Assembly (NCBI GenBank): GCA_022813865.1 | Contig: JALDZX010000001.1 | Location: 124,001-188,000 of the forward strand | Direction of reading: 5' to 3' | Source of the DNA: Xylographa opegraphella | Lineage: Eukaryota | Length of the DNA stretch: 64,000 nt | Shown here: positions 51,802-63,523 of the stretch, piece by piece | Numbering within the stretch: position 1 is the stretch's first letter | How the letters are laid out: each line of letters opens with the position of its first letter | The notes under the pieces: generated by a model | Databases searched by the model: none | Seen by the model: only the letters and a program-made list of their open reading frames with translations | Told to the model about the DNA's origin: nothing | Position numbers and translations under genes: made by a program

Positions 51802-52677
51802 CCCGGTGGGTCACCGTACAACGAACAATTCACCTGCATTCACTTAGCGGCATACCGGTATGGCGGTGGGACTGGTCGGTTGGGTTGAGGGCGTGGGTTT
51901 TCACGATCAGAGTGGGAGCGCATGATTGTGCATAGCAGGGACTGTAAACAGTTTGCAGATACTCTTGACTCGTACTGTACGATAACCCATAGGAGCAATT
52001 ATTGTAAATCGATTCGAGCCTTATGGTGCTGTTTGTCGTGCATGGCAAAAGGCTACCTTACCTAGGTACCTTGAGGTACTTTAATAAGTGCCTTCAGGGT
52101 CCTCACTTCAGGTCGAGAAGTGGTATACTACACGATCATGTGACAACATTGACACTCAAAAAGGCGCTTGTCCTCCGGAGGTCCGTGCCACCGACACCAC
52201 CGTAGTCCTTTTTTGTACAAGCGTGCCTGAGCACAAGAATTTCATAAAAAAAGTCTCACAATGTTATTCGCTATCAGCCTCAACAACAAAGCGCGAGATT
52301 CTCAGAATTCTTTGCACGCTTGTCCAGGTTTCTTCCCTACGTCTTTGCCCCTTCCCCTACCAGAAACATTCGTAACACTGTCAAAAAAAGTTGAAAACCA
52401 CAGAAAACCCACTGGGCGCCAGATATTCGGGAACCTTGAACCTCAGCTTTTGACAAGTTACCAGCTACGGCTGTTTCGTCCTTGCATACTCAGCCAGCTT
52501 CTATCAATCGAACATTCAGACATCAGAAATTCAGGACTTTAGCACCACTACCTGATTACATCCCACGCTTTTAAGGTACGTCAAGGTCACTTTCCATTGT
52601 CCGTTCCCAGCGGACATGCTGCCCTCAAGTGTGATGAGATCGTAATGTTAATATCTACTTCCAGTAAACCTCAGATC

Positions 52678-55309
52678 ATGTCTACCGACGCTGCGACCGC
52701 TGGAGCTGCTGTTCCATCTTTGGAGAATTTGTCTCTCGAAGAGAAGCCAACTTCTCCTGTGAACGGAGCAGCAACAAATGGAAACATCATCAACACTAGC
52801 GTCGCCGCACCTCCCACGCCTACTGATCCCGATGCGATCCAGACCCCTATCTCTGCAGCTCCTGGCGGCGCTAATCAGCCCCATTCAGCCTCGCTTTATG
52901 TGGGTGAGCTAGACCCAGCCGTCACAGAGGCTATGCTCTTTGAACTTTTCTCCTCCATGGGTCAAGTTGCCTCCATTCGTGTTTGTCGTGATGCAGTGAC
53001 TCGTCGCTCTCTTGGATATGCCTATGTCAACTACAATAACACCGCAGATGGTGAGCGTGCGCTTGAAGAGCTGAACTATACGGTCATCAAAGGTCGTCCA
53101 TGTCGTATCATGTGGTCTCAGCGTGATCCGGCCTTGCGTAAGACTGGGCAGGGCAACGTGTTCATAAAGAACTTGGATACCGCCATCGACAACAAAGCCC
53201 TCCACGATACCTTTGCCGCTTTTGGTAATATCCTTAGTTGCAAAGTTGCACAAGACGAGTTTGGCAATTCCAAAGGCTATGGCTTTGTGCATTATGAGAC
53301 TGGTGAAGCGGCCACCCAGGCTATCAAGCATGTCAATGGCATGTTGTTGAATGAAAAGAAGGTTTTTGTTGGTCACCACGTTGCAAGGAAGGATCGTGAG
53401 AGCAAATTTGAAGAGATGAAGGCAAACTTTACAAACATCTACGTCAAGAACATTGAGTCTGAGGTCACAGACGACGAGTTCCGTGAATTGTTTGAAAAGT
53501 TTGGCGACATCTCCTCTGCCACCATTACTAGGGACCCGGAGACTGGTAAGAGCAAGGGCTTTGGATTCGTGAACTACATTAGACACGAAGACGCTTCCAC
53601 AGCTGTCGAAGAGCTACACGACAAGGACTTCCACGGCCAGAATCTCTACGTTGGACGTGCACAAAAGAAACACGAGCGTGAGGAGGAGCTACGCAAACAG
53701 CACGAAGCTGCTCGTGTGGAGAAGGCTTCCAAGTATCAAGGTGTAAACCTTTATGTCAAAAACCTGCATGATGATATCGACGACGATAAACTCCGTGAAA
53801 TTTTCCACGGGTCGGGAACCATCACATCTGCGAAAGTCATGCGTGATTTTGGCACCGAGGCCGACTCTCCCGAAAAGGATACCGAGAAGGAGAGCAAGAA
53901 GGGTTCGGACAAGGATGGTAGCGAAGCAGAGGGTGAGACCAAGGCCGAGTCCGTGGAAGATGGCACCAAGAAAGAGAACTCTAAACCTTCGAAGAAGCCA
54001 GCTGGGAAAAGCAAAGGATTTGGATTCGTCTGTTTTAGCAATGCTGACGAAGCTACTAAAGCTGTCAATGAGTTCAACGGCCGGATGGTGAATGACAAGC
54101 CTCTATACGTCGCTCTCGCACAGCGCAAGGACGTTCGAAAGAGCCAGGTAAAGTTTTCTCCAAAAGGCAAGCGGGATACAATTAACATATCTGAATCAGT
54201 TGGAAGCAAGTATTCAAGCCCGTAACCAAGTCAGGATGCAGCAGGCAGCAGCAGCAGCTGGTATGCCTCAGCAGGTACGTAAAATTTTAAAATTCATATG
54301 TAACTTTATCTCAGCTAACGTTCTATCAGCAGTTCATGCAGCAACCGATGTACTTTGCACCAGGACAACAGCAAGGCTTCATGCCACCACAGGCAGCTGG
54401 TCGTGCTGGTATGCCCTTCCCACCACAACCGGGTATGGTCGTTCCTGGACTCCAAGGACCTCGTGCAGGGCAGTTCCCTGGCATGCCAGCTCAGCAGAGC
54501 AGCCGCAACGCTCCTAATGGCTTCCAGCAGATCCCTCCGAACGCTTTCGGCATGCCTAGTCAGATGCCCTATGGCGCCATGCCACAAGGTGGTCCCAATG
54601 CTTTCCCCGGTGGCCCCGTCGCCTACAGCCAAGCTATGGCTCAAGTGCAAGCGTCTTTCGGTCGAGGTGGACCTGGTGGCCGTGCACAAATGCAAGGAAT
54701 GCAAGGAATGCAAGGCATGCAGGGTATGCAAGGCAATCCACAGCAAATGCTCGGGGCTTCTCAAGGTATGCGTGGTCGTGAAGGGCGAACCCAGTTTCCT
54801 TCACAAGGTGGTCGTGGTGGGATGGGAATGAATATGCAGCCTGGTCAAATGGGAGGATACCCACAGCAAGGACGTGGTGCCATGGGTGCGGCAATGGGTC
54901 AGCCAGCAATGATGCCCCAAAACATCCCGATGTCGGCTCTGGGGGTGCCAAATCTTGAGATGATCATGGCCGCGCCACCAGGGCAACAGAAGCAGCTCCT
55001 TGGTGAATCACTCTATCCGAAAATTCAGATCATGCAACCAAAACTAGCAGGAAAGATCACCGGCATGTTGTTGGAGATGGACAGCAATGAGCTTTTTGGA
55101 CTGTAAGTGTTCTATGTTTCATATCATGATTATATGCTGACAGGTGCAGTATCGATAACGACGACAAACTGCGTGAGAAAGTTGACGAAGCCCTCAATGT
55201 ATACGATGACTATGTCAAGAGCGCTGGCGAAGGGCCTCCCAGTCGGGAGGTCGAGGGAAAGACAGAAGAAGCTGCGCCTGAAGCGGAACCTGAACCCGTC
55301 AAGGCATGA
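52678..55309 (+). CDS. PAB1: Poly(A)-binding protein
   Basis: Four RRMs ([34 protein letters not shown]) and a PABC domain ([13 protein letters not shown]...[12 protein letters not shown]). Predicted 5'UTR intron at ~52576-52664. Confidence 0.97.
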
Positions 55310-56483
55310 TCGTGTGCGGTCGTCTCGGTCTTTCGAAAGCTGCAACCAGCCTGGAGTACTGTTGATGTGGTTCCAACCGGATCCATTCTCGGGCACCACT
55401 GGTCCTCAAGACGGGGTTCAGCTTTCGTCGGATCGCACGCCCGACTTGGACGTCTCCCGCTTCTTCCTCCCCTGGCCAACCCTTGGCTGCCTTTTTCTTG
55501 CCGCGAGCTGCCCCGGGGGTAATTTATTGTTCCCTTTCTTTCATTTTTGCACTAGGGCTTTTTTATGTACGATAGACGTTTTTCTGCTCTCTTTTCGACG
55601 ATGATTTCGGGCGGACAGTCAGCTGTCGATCTCGACGCAGATCATTCAAGACTTCTCAGCCGGACCAGGGGCTTCGAAATCTCTCGCTTTCTGTCCCCCA
55701 GCCTACTTTGCTGCTTGCTACGCCCCCCACGAGCTGCCGCGCACACCCTTAGGTAGCTAGCTAGCTACTTCATAGAAATAATGATGACGATTGCAACTCT
55801 TGTCACGAACGTAGGTGGGTGGCATGTTGTGTGGTGTGAAGTACCTTAAAGCACACTGATGATGGGAGGAGGTGCGTGCGGCTTACGGACTTTCAGCGTT
55901 GGGTTCGGATCTCCGTAACGTATTGCTGGTTTGTTGGCCCATGCTTGCGGCGGTTTGTCGGCGTCGTATGTGCATCCCGATATATTTCCACTTAGGTAGA
56001 CTTGAGATATTGGGGATGGGGGGTGNNNNNNNNNNNNNNNNNNNNNNNNNNNNNNNNNNNGGGGGGGTGCGTTGGTAGTTGGCCCATATTGTTCCTGTAG
56101 TTTAGATTTTGGGTGACTCTTAGGGTCTTGCTGACCAGAATGGGGAGCTGTGAGGGAGAGTGATACGGCCTGCTGCCTCCTGATATGCTCCGTGGCGAAC
56201 CGTTTGGCTTCGGATACGGATACGGTATCTACTTGGGTTACTGGATTTGTGGCACTTAGTGGAAGGTTGGGAAGGTATTATGTTCAGCTGGTGGACTTTT
56301 ACTTTGTGACTGACTTGATGATGGTTGGTGGGATTGGTGGTGCGTTGGGGATTCACGTGCTACATGATGGGGGAAGGAGATGTCATTGACAATCGTCCAA
56401 ATGCGCGCCTATGAAAAGGGGAATCATTGTCGTTGTTTGTGGTCTGTGACGGTTGGCGGAAGAGGCGCCTATTGCACTGCTGC

Positions 56484-56602
56484 GACTGCGTCTTTTCTCG
56501 GGACCATTGCGCGCTCCACGCTTGTTGTCGTTGCATGCGTGTGACTGCGTCTTTTATCACGACCATTGCGCGCTCCACATTGTTCTCGTTGCATGCTTGA
56601 CT
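56484..56602. repeat. 59-bp imperfect tandem duplication
   Basis: gactgcgtctttt...gaccattgcgcgctccac...ttgcatgc at 56484 and 56543. Confidence 0.8.
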
Positions 56603-58595
56603 GATATCCGCTGTGTGCTGGATATCGCTATCGATGCATGCTTGCTTCATTTCGCAGGAGTATCGGACACTCCGGAAGATCCCTCTTCTCTACACAATAT
56701 CCGTCCAGTGTTACGTTGCCTATTCCTTCGGTGTGTACCATTGTGAGCGACTTCACCGAAGAAAATGCCGCGACAGGTGTGGTCATCCATGATACCCACC
56801 GGGCCGCCAACGGCCGGCCGTCCCCGACCCAGGATGATGTCCCGGTAGTACCTGTCCACAGCAAAATGGAGTACGGGTGCTGATATTCGTGTTTCTGCCT
56901 CTGGCAGCAGGGGAACCTGTGCCGGATCGGCCACAACCGTTCCGCCTACAGAGTGATTCCTGCTTGTGGAGAAACTATACTTAGAATCGGTGCCATTAAC
57001 AAACGGGGATGATGGAAGAAGATCGGCATTACTCAGCAACATGTAGCTCATGTGGAGGCACACATGCAAGGTACAGCTCAACGCTTTTCAGTCCGAACTG
57101 CATGGACCAGAGGCCGAGCAGCAGCCGTTGATGCCATCACCGACTGGGATGCAGCCTTGAAACGAGGAGGAGGTTGAAATTAAGCACCGGGCAGTAGCGC
57201 GACGCCTCACCGTTGAGCCGTCATCGGGCTCTTGGTGCTAACCTGCTTCCAGCTAGACTGGTAAGAGCCGGTTCGACTTCCTGCCCTCGTCCACTCCACT
57301 CCGCTCCACTCCCGACCCCCTTCCTCCAACGCTTACGGTGCAGTTGCTACCATGGGTGCGTGTTTCCCTGATTGACCTCCTGTGAAGCTATCATCCAAGA
57401 TTCGTTGACTCCTCATTGCTGAACGGTACCCTGCCATTGGCTGGCCCTCGTGGCCAAAGATTGGTTCGTGGCTTAGCTTGCTACACCTCGGTTGCGAGGC
57501 CGTGGTTTCTTGCTGCTTCGTCCCCGGTCCTGCGCCTTGATGCTCGCTCCCTGAATCTTACGTGGCGTCTGGGGTTGCCGTCGGTCCTGGAGATCGTCGC
57601 CATATTTGCCTTTCTAGCGGCACTGACACCGCTACGGGTTGCCTGTGCGTGACTGAGGCCGAATTCAATTGTTGCTTTTATTTCGTGGTTTTATCCATGC
57701 CGTGGACCTCGTGTCGGAGTGTATTGTCCATGGTCGGCGTTATATCCTGCTAGAAACACTATGCGATTGAGCCTCCACATGATTTTCCCTTGTTGTACGC
57801 ATGCATTGGCCGAGAGCATGTGCACCGCCTCGAGGTCCCTTTACCGACAAGCAGGCTCGAACCCTGGCTTGACGCCTCATCTTCTGTGGCCGTTTACCAA
57901 GGTCCAGCTCAACGTCTGGCGCGGACATACCCGTCCAACCATGCCGAAGGACCACACTTCGTCACACCGTCCTTTCGGTGCCTAAACCTCACGCCTGACA
58001 AGGTCATCCCCACCTAGCACTCCGCGCCATGCGGAAATTGCGGACACCATTGGGCGTACCACACTCGGTCTGATCATAGGGCATAGGACTTTCATCCTTA
58101 ATTCGCGCTGTTTATCCGACCACCGTCATTGACGCTCCAGATAATCGTGGAGTGCAGTCCATTTCGTTAAGCGGCCGGAAATTTTCTTGCTTCCTTGTGC
58201 ACAATGACGACGATCACAAATCCCAACGCCCCTGAGCAAGGTTCACATATCCTACCACGATCGAGGGGATCCGCATCGGCCTCTACACAGCTTCATATCA
58301 CTGGTGGTTGACCGGAGCGAGGGATCTAGGATTGCGAATGCCCTCGCTAAGAGACGAGATCATCATCAGCTCCGAAGGTGTCGATCTCCGACCTATGGCT
58401 TTGTGGCTAAATCAGGACCGACGGCACGATGACGATGGAGGAGACCGCTTGCGTCTCCTATGGAATGGCATCTGTTGCAGAGATATCTATATAAGTACTC
58501 TCCTGGCCGTGGATTGCTATTCCATTCTCATCCACATTAACCTCGTCACATCTCAAGCTTAACATCCACTTCACTCCAACCCACCATATACAACA

Positions 58596-59300
58596 ATGCG
58601 TTTCTCCATCCTCCCAGTCCTTGCCCTTGCCGGCACCTTCACCAACGTCCTCTCCGCTCCTACCCCGGAGCCTCTTGCCGTCGAGCGCCGTGCCACCACT
58701 CAAGCCGCCATCATCCAAAGCCTCATCACCACGGTGGTCCCGTCGCTGTCGGCAATCAGTACGCTACCTCCTTTCACTTCCCTGCCTGCCCTGTCACTGA
58801 CATCTTGACTCCAAAGACGCTACCGCTCACGCCGTCACCCCCGCCTCCCCACCTGCAGTGCTCGCCAAAGCCGAGGCCGCCGCAAAGACTGAAATCGCCG
58901 CCGTCGTGACTGCCTTCTCCGCCTCCACCGCCCAGCTCAAGGCCCTGAAGAGCGCGCGCGACACAACCGCCATCGCCACCCGACAGGCTACCGTTCCCTT
59001 GGGCGTGCTACTTGGGGAGCTGGTCGCTGATGTCCTCGCCGCCGTGGACGCACTGCTGAACTCGCTCGGACTCGGTACGTTTGCACAAACTTCAATCCGT
59101 TCGTGGTGCAAGGGGGGATAACGTTTCGCTGACTTTTTGGCACAGGCCCTGCTTCCGGGCTGCTTGCGCCTCTGGGCCCTGCGCTTTCGGCGCTGCTGTT
59201 GGCCTTGGAGGTCGTGGTTGACGATTTGCTGCTGGCGGTGGAGACTTTGGTCAATGATCTGTTGACAGGGTTGGCTGCCGGCTTGATTTTGGCGAAGTGA
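58596..59300 (+). CDS. Small secreted Cys-free hydrophobic helical protein (Sc15-like), 3 exons
   Basis: Signal MRFSILPVLALAGTFTNVLSA, pro-peptide ending ERR, Leu/Ala-rich C-terminus ALSALLLALEVVVDDLLLAVETLVNDLLTGLAAGL. Confidence 0.8.
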
Positions 59301-60061
59301 GGGGTGGAGAATGGAATGTGGTGGGATGTGTAAATAGTAAATAGTTGGATGCATGTGGGGTCTACTGATGGGATAGATTTAATGGTTGCATGATCATTGG
59401 AATAATGTCATTGAAACGAGCCAGGCCATGGTTTATGCATCGCTTGTGTTGTGCTATGAATTTCTGCCAAGTCTTCCAAGTTGAGGAGTAGCGCCAGGGT
59501 TGGGAATGGAAAAACTTTATAGGATGTTATGTTCTTACGACGAATGATAGTTAGTCATTCGTGCAAAACAACCATTCATATTATTTGGTAAGAAGGCTTA
59601 TCCCAGCCTTGATTGCATGCGATTTTCTTATGACGAACATTCCTTCGTGCATTCGTAACGTCCCTGTCTTTCTGTGCTTGTCCTCCTCTAGCCTTCTGTA
59701 TCTTCGCCTACACTACGACTATGCGATCCGTCCATTCCTTCAATTGCTATTCATTAAAAAGCAACAAAAGCTTCTGCGTGCCAACGAAGCTACTGTGGAG
59801 TAAAAATTACTCGATCGTACCCACTTGCCCACACACATGTAACAAGCACAACGCATTACCTCTTTGACAATAGTACGTACCGCAGTACTCCCATTTTGGT
59901 ATTATTCTCTTTTTTTAACCGTATTGAAGCGGTGATGCATGAAGCATCTTGTGCCTTCCTTAGGATCCAAAGATTACCCCACAGCGACTGCAGAGGAAGC
60001 TTGTGGCTAAAGGTGTGAGACCGACGGACCGAATGGAGCGCTTGCCAGGACGGCACCTTTA

Positions 60062-60290
60062 CCCGCTGAGGTGACCGTCGCCGAGCCAGCAATGATAAAC
60101 GGAGTAGCAAGCCGTCACCCGGCCCCAGGACGGGCCGGGATATTTGGCAAGGGGATACAATGGCAGCCTATAGACTGCTGAAAAGACAAGCTTGACAAAT
60201 GCTTCAGGCTGTTGGATGTCATGATAGGAGGTGAGATATACACAAAAGAGCCTGCTAATCAGCGCCGAAACGAGAACCCAGCCAGTATTC
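60062..60290 (-). pseudogene. Cytochrome P450 N-terminal remnant
   Basis: AVYRLPLYPLAKYPGPSWGRVTACYSVYHCWLGDGHL matches the fungal P450 hinge YRL..HPLAKYPGP...WY..YH...GDRH; no downstream P450 sequence and no credible start. Confidence 0.75.
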
Positions 60291-61251
60291 GCGACCTGCT
60301 GCTCATGGTCAACGTGTATTGGGTGGATACAGACAGCAGTAGTGACAGCGGAGAAACGTGGCTCTCCCATGGAAATATCAATCGTATGGGCGAAGAAGCT
60401 GTTATGGCCGCTAGGCCCTATCTAGCCAGGAGTCGCTTTGTTGCAAAGATCCAAATCATGACGAACGGGTCAAGCAGAATGTGTTCGACGGGGAGTATCG
60501 CTCGACATTGCGGTCCCCGTATCCCCGGCCAGTGAGCAGATTCGGCATGGGGTGCAGGAAGAATGAGAGGCTCAGCGCCGTGGAAGCTTCAGCCATGATG
60601 CAGAAGTTGCACAGACGATGTGAGCATGCAACAGAGTGAGGGATGGACCCTATTCATTGATTCAGTTCGCAAACTCTAAGAATGCCAAAGTGTGATCGTC
60701 GAATGACCGATGGTGTTTCCGTACACCACCAAATAAGCAGATATCGAAGCTTTCTTTGCCGACGAAGCTTACGGCCGGCATGTCGGTATCTGGTAGGATA
60801 CAGAGAGCTCCCGAGTAGTGATGCAAGTGTTAGCCGTTAACTCATGCATGTCAGTTTATCAAATGCCACCCACTCCGCTTCCGGCAAGAATGACAGACAT
60901 ATTTAGCTCTGGACCAGACTGTAGGATCTAGCCTTCCTCCCAAACCCCTGCTTTGATAACGCTTGCTTGTTCGAATACGCAACACATTTTGAACCTGGTC
61001 CTCGTATAACTGAGCTTTGTTGGCGTATTCGCTCAATCCTAAAGAAAACACTGGAGGCCTGGACGGATGGCCGTCGCCGCCGCTATGGTGCTAGTAAACA
61101 TTAATTGTCACTAAGGTTACTCGAAGTCAGACTCAAGTCCTTTTGGCAGGACTTGCTACAAATGATGCTACGGAAGCGCACAGTGTACCTTAAGATTCAA
61201 TAATAGCTGGGAGACCCTCATTGTCCCTGCCGAATGATACCGTACTAAACC

Positions 61252-61577
61252 TTTGCCTCAGTCCCTCAAATGTAGTGTACTAAGCCCCGGCGGGTTAGTG
61301 CTTTTACTTATCGACAAGATAATATTTTTATCTGGACCCCCCTAAATCGTGTAATTAAATATTTGATTAATTGATAGCCCAACCCTGCTCAGGTAAGTGG
61401 ACTCTTAGCATTGTGTGGCGTCCGTATTCACCCAACCAAGTTAAAGCCCCCAAGATAGCGATAAATTTCCAATATTAAGCGATTTTATGCTCAGACGTGT
61501 TTGCTCCTAACTTGTTGATAAGTAAAAGCACTAACCCGCAGGGGCTTAGTGCTCCACGTCTGGAGGACTGAGGCGAA
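61252..61577. mobile_element. MITE (~326 bp) with ~67-bp imperfect TIRs and a 7-8 bp TSD
   Basis: Left end tttgcctcagtcc...actaagccccggcgggttagtgcttttacttatcgacaag is the reverse complement of 61511-61577. Direct repeat (a)ctaaacc at 61244-61251 and 61577-61584. Confidence 0.88.
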
Positions 61578-62165
61578 CTAAACCACCACCTGGCACTATA
61601 TACACGGCTGGGCCACCAACTTCGAGGTACAAGTCTATTGCAGCGGATATCCGATTATGCAGCACTCTGCAGTGACGTTGCGGCTGAGCTGACATCGTAT
61701 CGACTCCACGCCCACCACCCAGCGAGTCACAGTGGCAATGCCGACTGTACAGCGGCAGCCAGGTCTTCGGCACCAACTCGATGGACCCTCCTATCTTGTC
61801 AGGTCGGTCTTTTCTCTGGACTCAGGTCGATGCTTGTTGCTATGTTCTGCCTAAGGTGCATCCTCTTCGGCTGTAGTCTAGGAGGGAGAATGGGATGCTG
61901 AAAATATGCAATTGCATCCGGGGAGAACTGCTAGGCGCAAGCACCGCTTCAGGATAGATTGGCTTTACCGCATAAGAAGATGGTCCAGAATTCGGGAAAG
62001 GCGCACACTCGCATGCCCTACACCGACATTTGTACTAGGCCTTTCGGCCCTACCGTGCATTTGCGGTGTCCGAATGTCTGGAACCGAAAGCTCAGCAGCA
62101 ACCTTTAAAGAAGAGAGTGAGCTCCATACGTCTTGAGCCCAAGGCGTCCACATACCAGCTCAACA

Positions 62166-63296
62166 ATGGAGAAGATCGACCCCCGAACCACCTTCGTCGA
62201 GGCAGACAACGAGAAACCCCAAAGTCAGGTATGTCCGCTCGTCCCGCAACGCCCTCAACACTTCGCCAACTTCCTCCAGCCTCGAAGCTGGGCTTTCCAC
62301 ATCCACACCCTGTGGCTCTTCACCGCCAGCGACATCAAATCGGTCATCATCCCGGGGACCCTACTCAGCCTCTCCGCCGGCCTCTCCGGCCCCCTCCTCA
62401 CCACCAACCCGTCCCCGACCGTCCCCGCCGTCCTCGCCCGCACCCCCCTGATCATCATGTGGAACTGGCTGAGCCTCCTCCTCTTCTGTATCGACAACCA
62501 ATTTCAGCCGCACTCCATCCTCGAAGACGCCGTCAACAAGCCGTGGCGGGCCCTGCCATCGCACCGCCTCTCGCCCCGCGAAGCCCGCCGCCTGCTGCTC
62601 GGCGTCATCCCTACCGTCTTCCTCGCCACGTTCCGCCTCGGCGGCATCCGCGAGGCCGTCACCCTGAAGCTCCTGACGTGGATGTACAACTACCTCGGCG
62701 GCGCGGACGATGGTGTCGTGGTGCGCAACTTGCTCAACGCCCTCGGCTACATGTGCTACGGCTCCGGCTCCATGGTCATAGCCGCCGGCTACGGCCAGCA
62801 CGAACTCGCCCCGCGCGCGTACCCCTGGCTCGCCATTCTCGGCGCCATCATCTTCACCACCCGTCAGCTGCAGGACATGCCAGACGTGCACGGCGACGCC
62901 GCCCGCGGCCGGCAGACCGTCCCGCTGCTGTACGGGGACTCCTTTGCGCGGTACTCCATCGCCGTGCCGGTCGTGGCCTGGTCGCTGCTCTGCCCGGCGT
63001 TCTGGGGCTCCGACCTGCTGGGCTATGCGGCGCCGCTAGTCATCGGCCTTTTCTTAGGCGTGCGTCTTCTACTACGGAGGAGCGTGGCTGCGGACGCGGA
63101 CACGTGGAAGGTGTGGTGCGTGTGGATTTCGGTGATCTATGTGCTTCCCGTGTGGAAGCAGCACGGCGCGGTGGTTGGCGAGTACGTGACCTTGCGGCGC
63201 TCTTCTGGGCATGCCGCTCAAACATTGTGGAGGCATGAGCGAGGGTCAGGGATATGGCAGCTCTCGTTGCGGATTTGTAATTCAATCGTGTCGTAG
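62166..63296 (+). CDS. UbiA-family membrane protein, likely a UbiA-type terpene cyclase (Fma-TC-like) or prenyltransferase
   Basis: HIHTLWLFTASDIKS, DNQ...SILEDAVNKPWRALPS, YNYLGGAD...RNLLNALGY, QLQDMPDVHGDAARGRQTVPL; possible in-frame 51-nt intron at 62229-62279; 3' end uncertain. Confidence 0.85.
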   Translation: MEKIDPRTTFVEADNEKPQSQVCPLVPQRPQHFANFLQPRSWAFHIHTLWLFTASDIKSVIIPGTLLSLSAGLSGPLLTTNPSPTVPAVLARTPLIIMWNWLSLLLFCIDNQFQPHSILEDAVNKPWRALPSHRLSPREARRLLLGVIPTVFLATFRLGGIREAVTLKLLTWMYNYLGGADDGVVVRNLLNALGYMCYGSGSMVIAAGYGQHELAPRAYPWLAILGAIIFTTRQLQDMPDVHGDAARGRQTVPLLYGDSFARYSIAVPVVAWSLLCPAFWGSDLLGYAAPLVIGLFLGVRLLLRRSVAADADTWKVWCVWISVIYVLPVWKQHGAVVGEYVTLRRSSGHAAQTLWRHERGSGIWQLSLRICNSIVS

Positions 63297-63523
63297 ATCG
63301 TTATTGGGAAAGGCTAGCGGCCTTGGCAGATTCTAGGATCATCAATTCAGCTCATTGCGGATTCGTGAATCGCTTTCTATTGGGAAACAATAAGTAGAAG
63401 CTAGGTCCCGTACCCGAAGAACTACTAGGTGGTGGATAGCTTGGAATCTCGAGTCAGAGCCTGTACTGCCGGACTTATATACGGTCAAGACGCCTTGCCG
63501 CCGTCAGCACCAACGGGAATTAT

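Noticed and set aside
52246..52389. PABP autoregulatory A-tracts in the PAB1 leader
   Set aside because: Only two A7 runs, shorter than a typical PABP footprint; suggestive at best.
55781..55859. C/D snoRNA candidate (ATGATGA...CTGA) downstream of PAB1
   Set aside because: No terminal stem and only about 8 nt of possible rRNA complementarity; snoscan would be needed to rescue it.
56647..57240. Stop-readthrough or selenoprotein ORF on the minus strand (TGA in frame with the 144-aa ORF)
   Set aside because: No start context, no SECIS consensus, no recognisable domain, and Dikarya lack Sec machinery.
57255..57293. tRNA or tRNA-Sec suggested by GGTTCGA...CCA
   Set aside because: No cloverleaf, no proper T-stem and no anticodon arm.
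62066..63238. 390-aa Arg/Pro-rich overlapping ORF, and similar ORFs over ureG and the cyclin gene
   Set aside because: Alternate-frame artefacts of very high GC at third codon positions.
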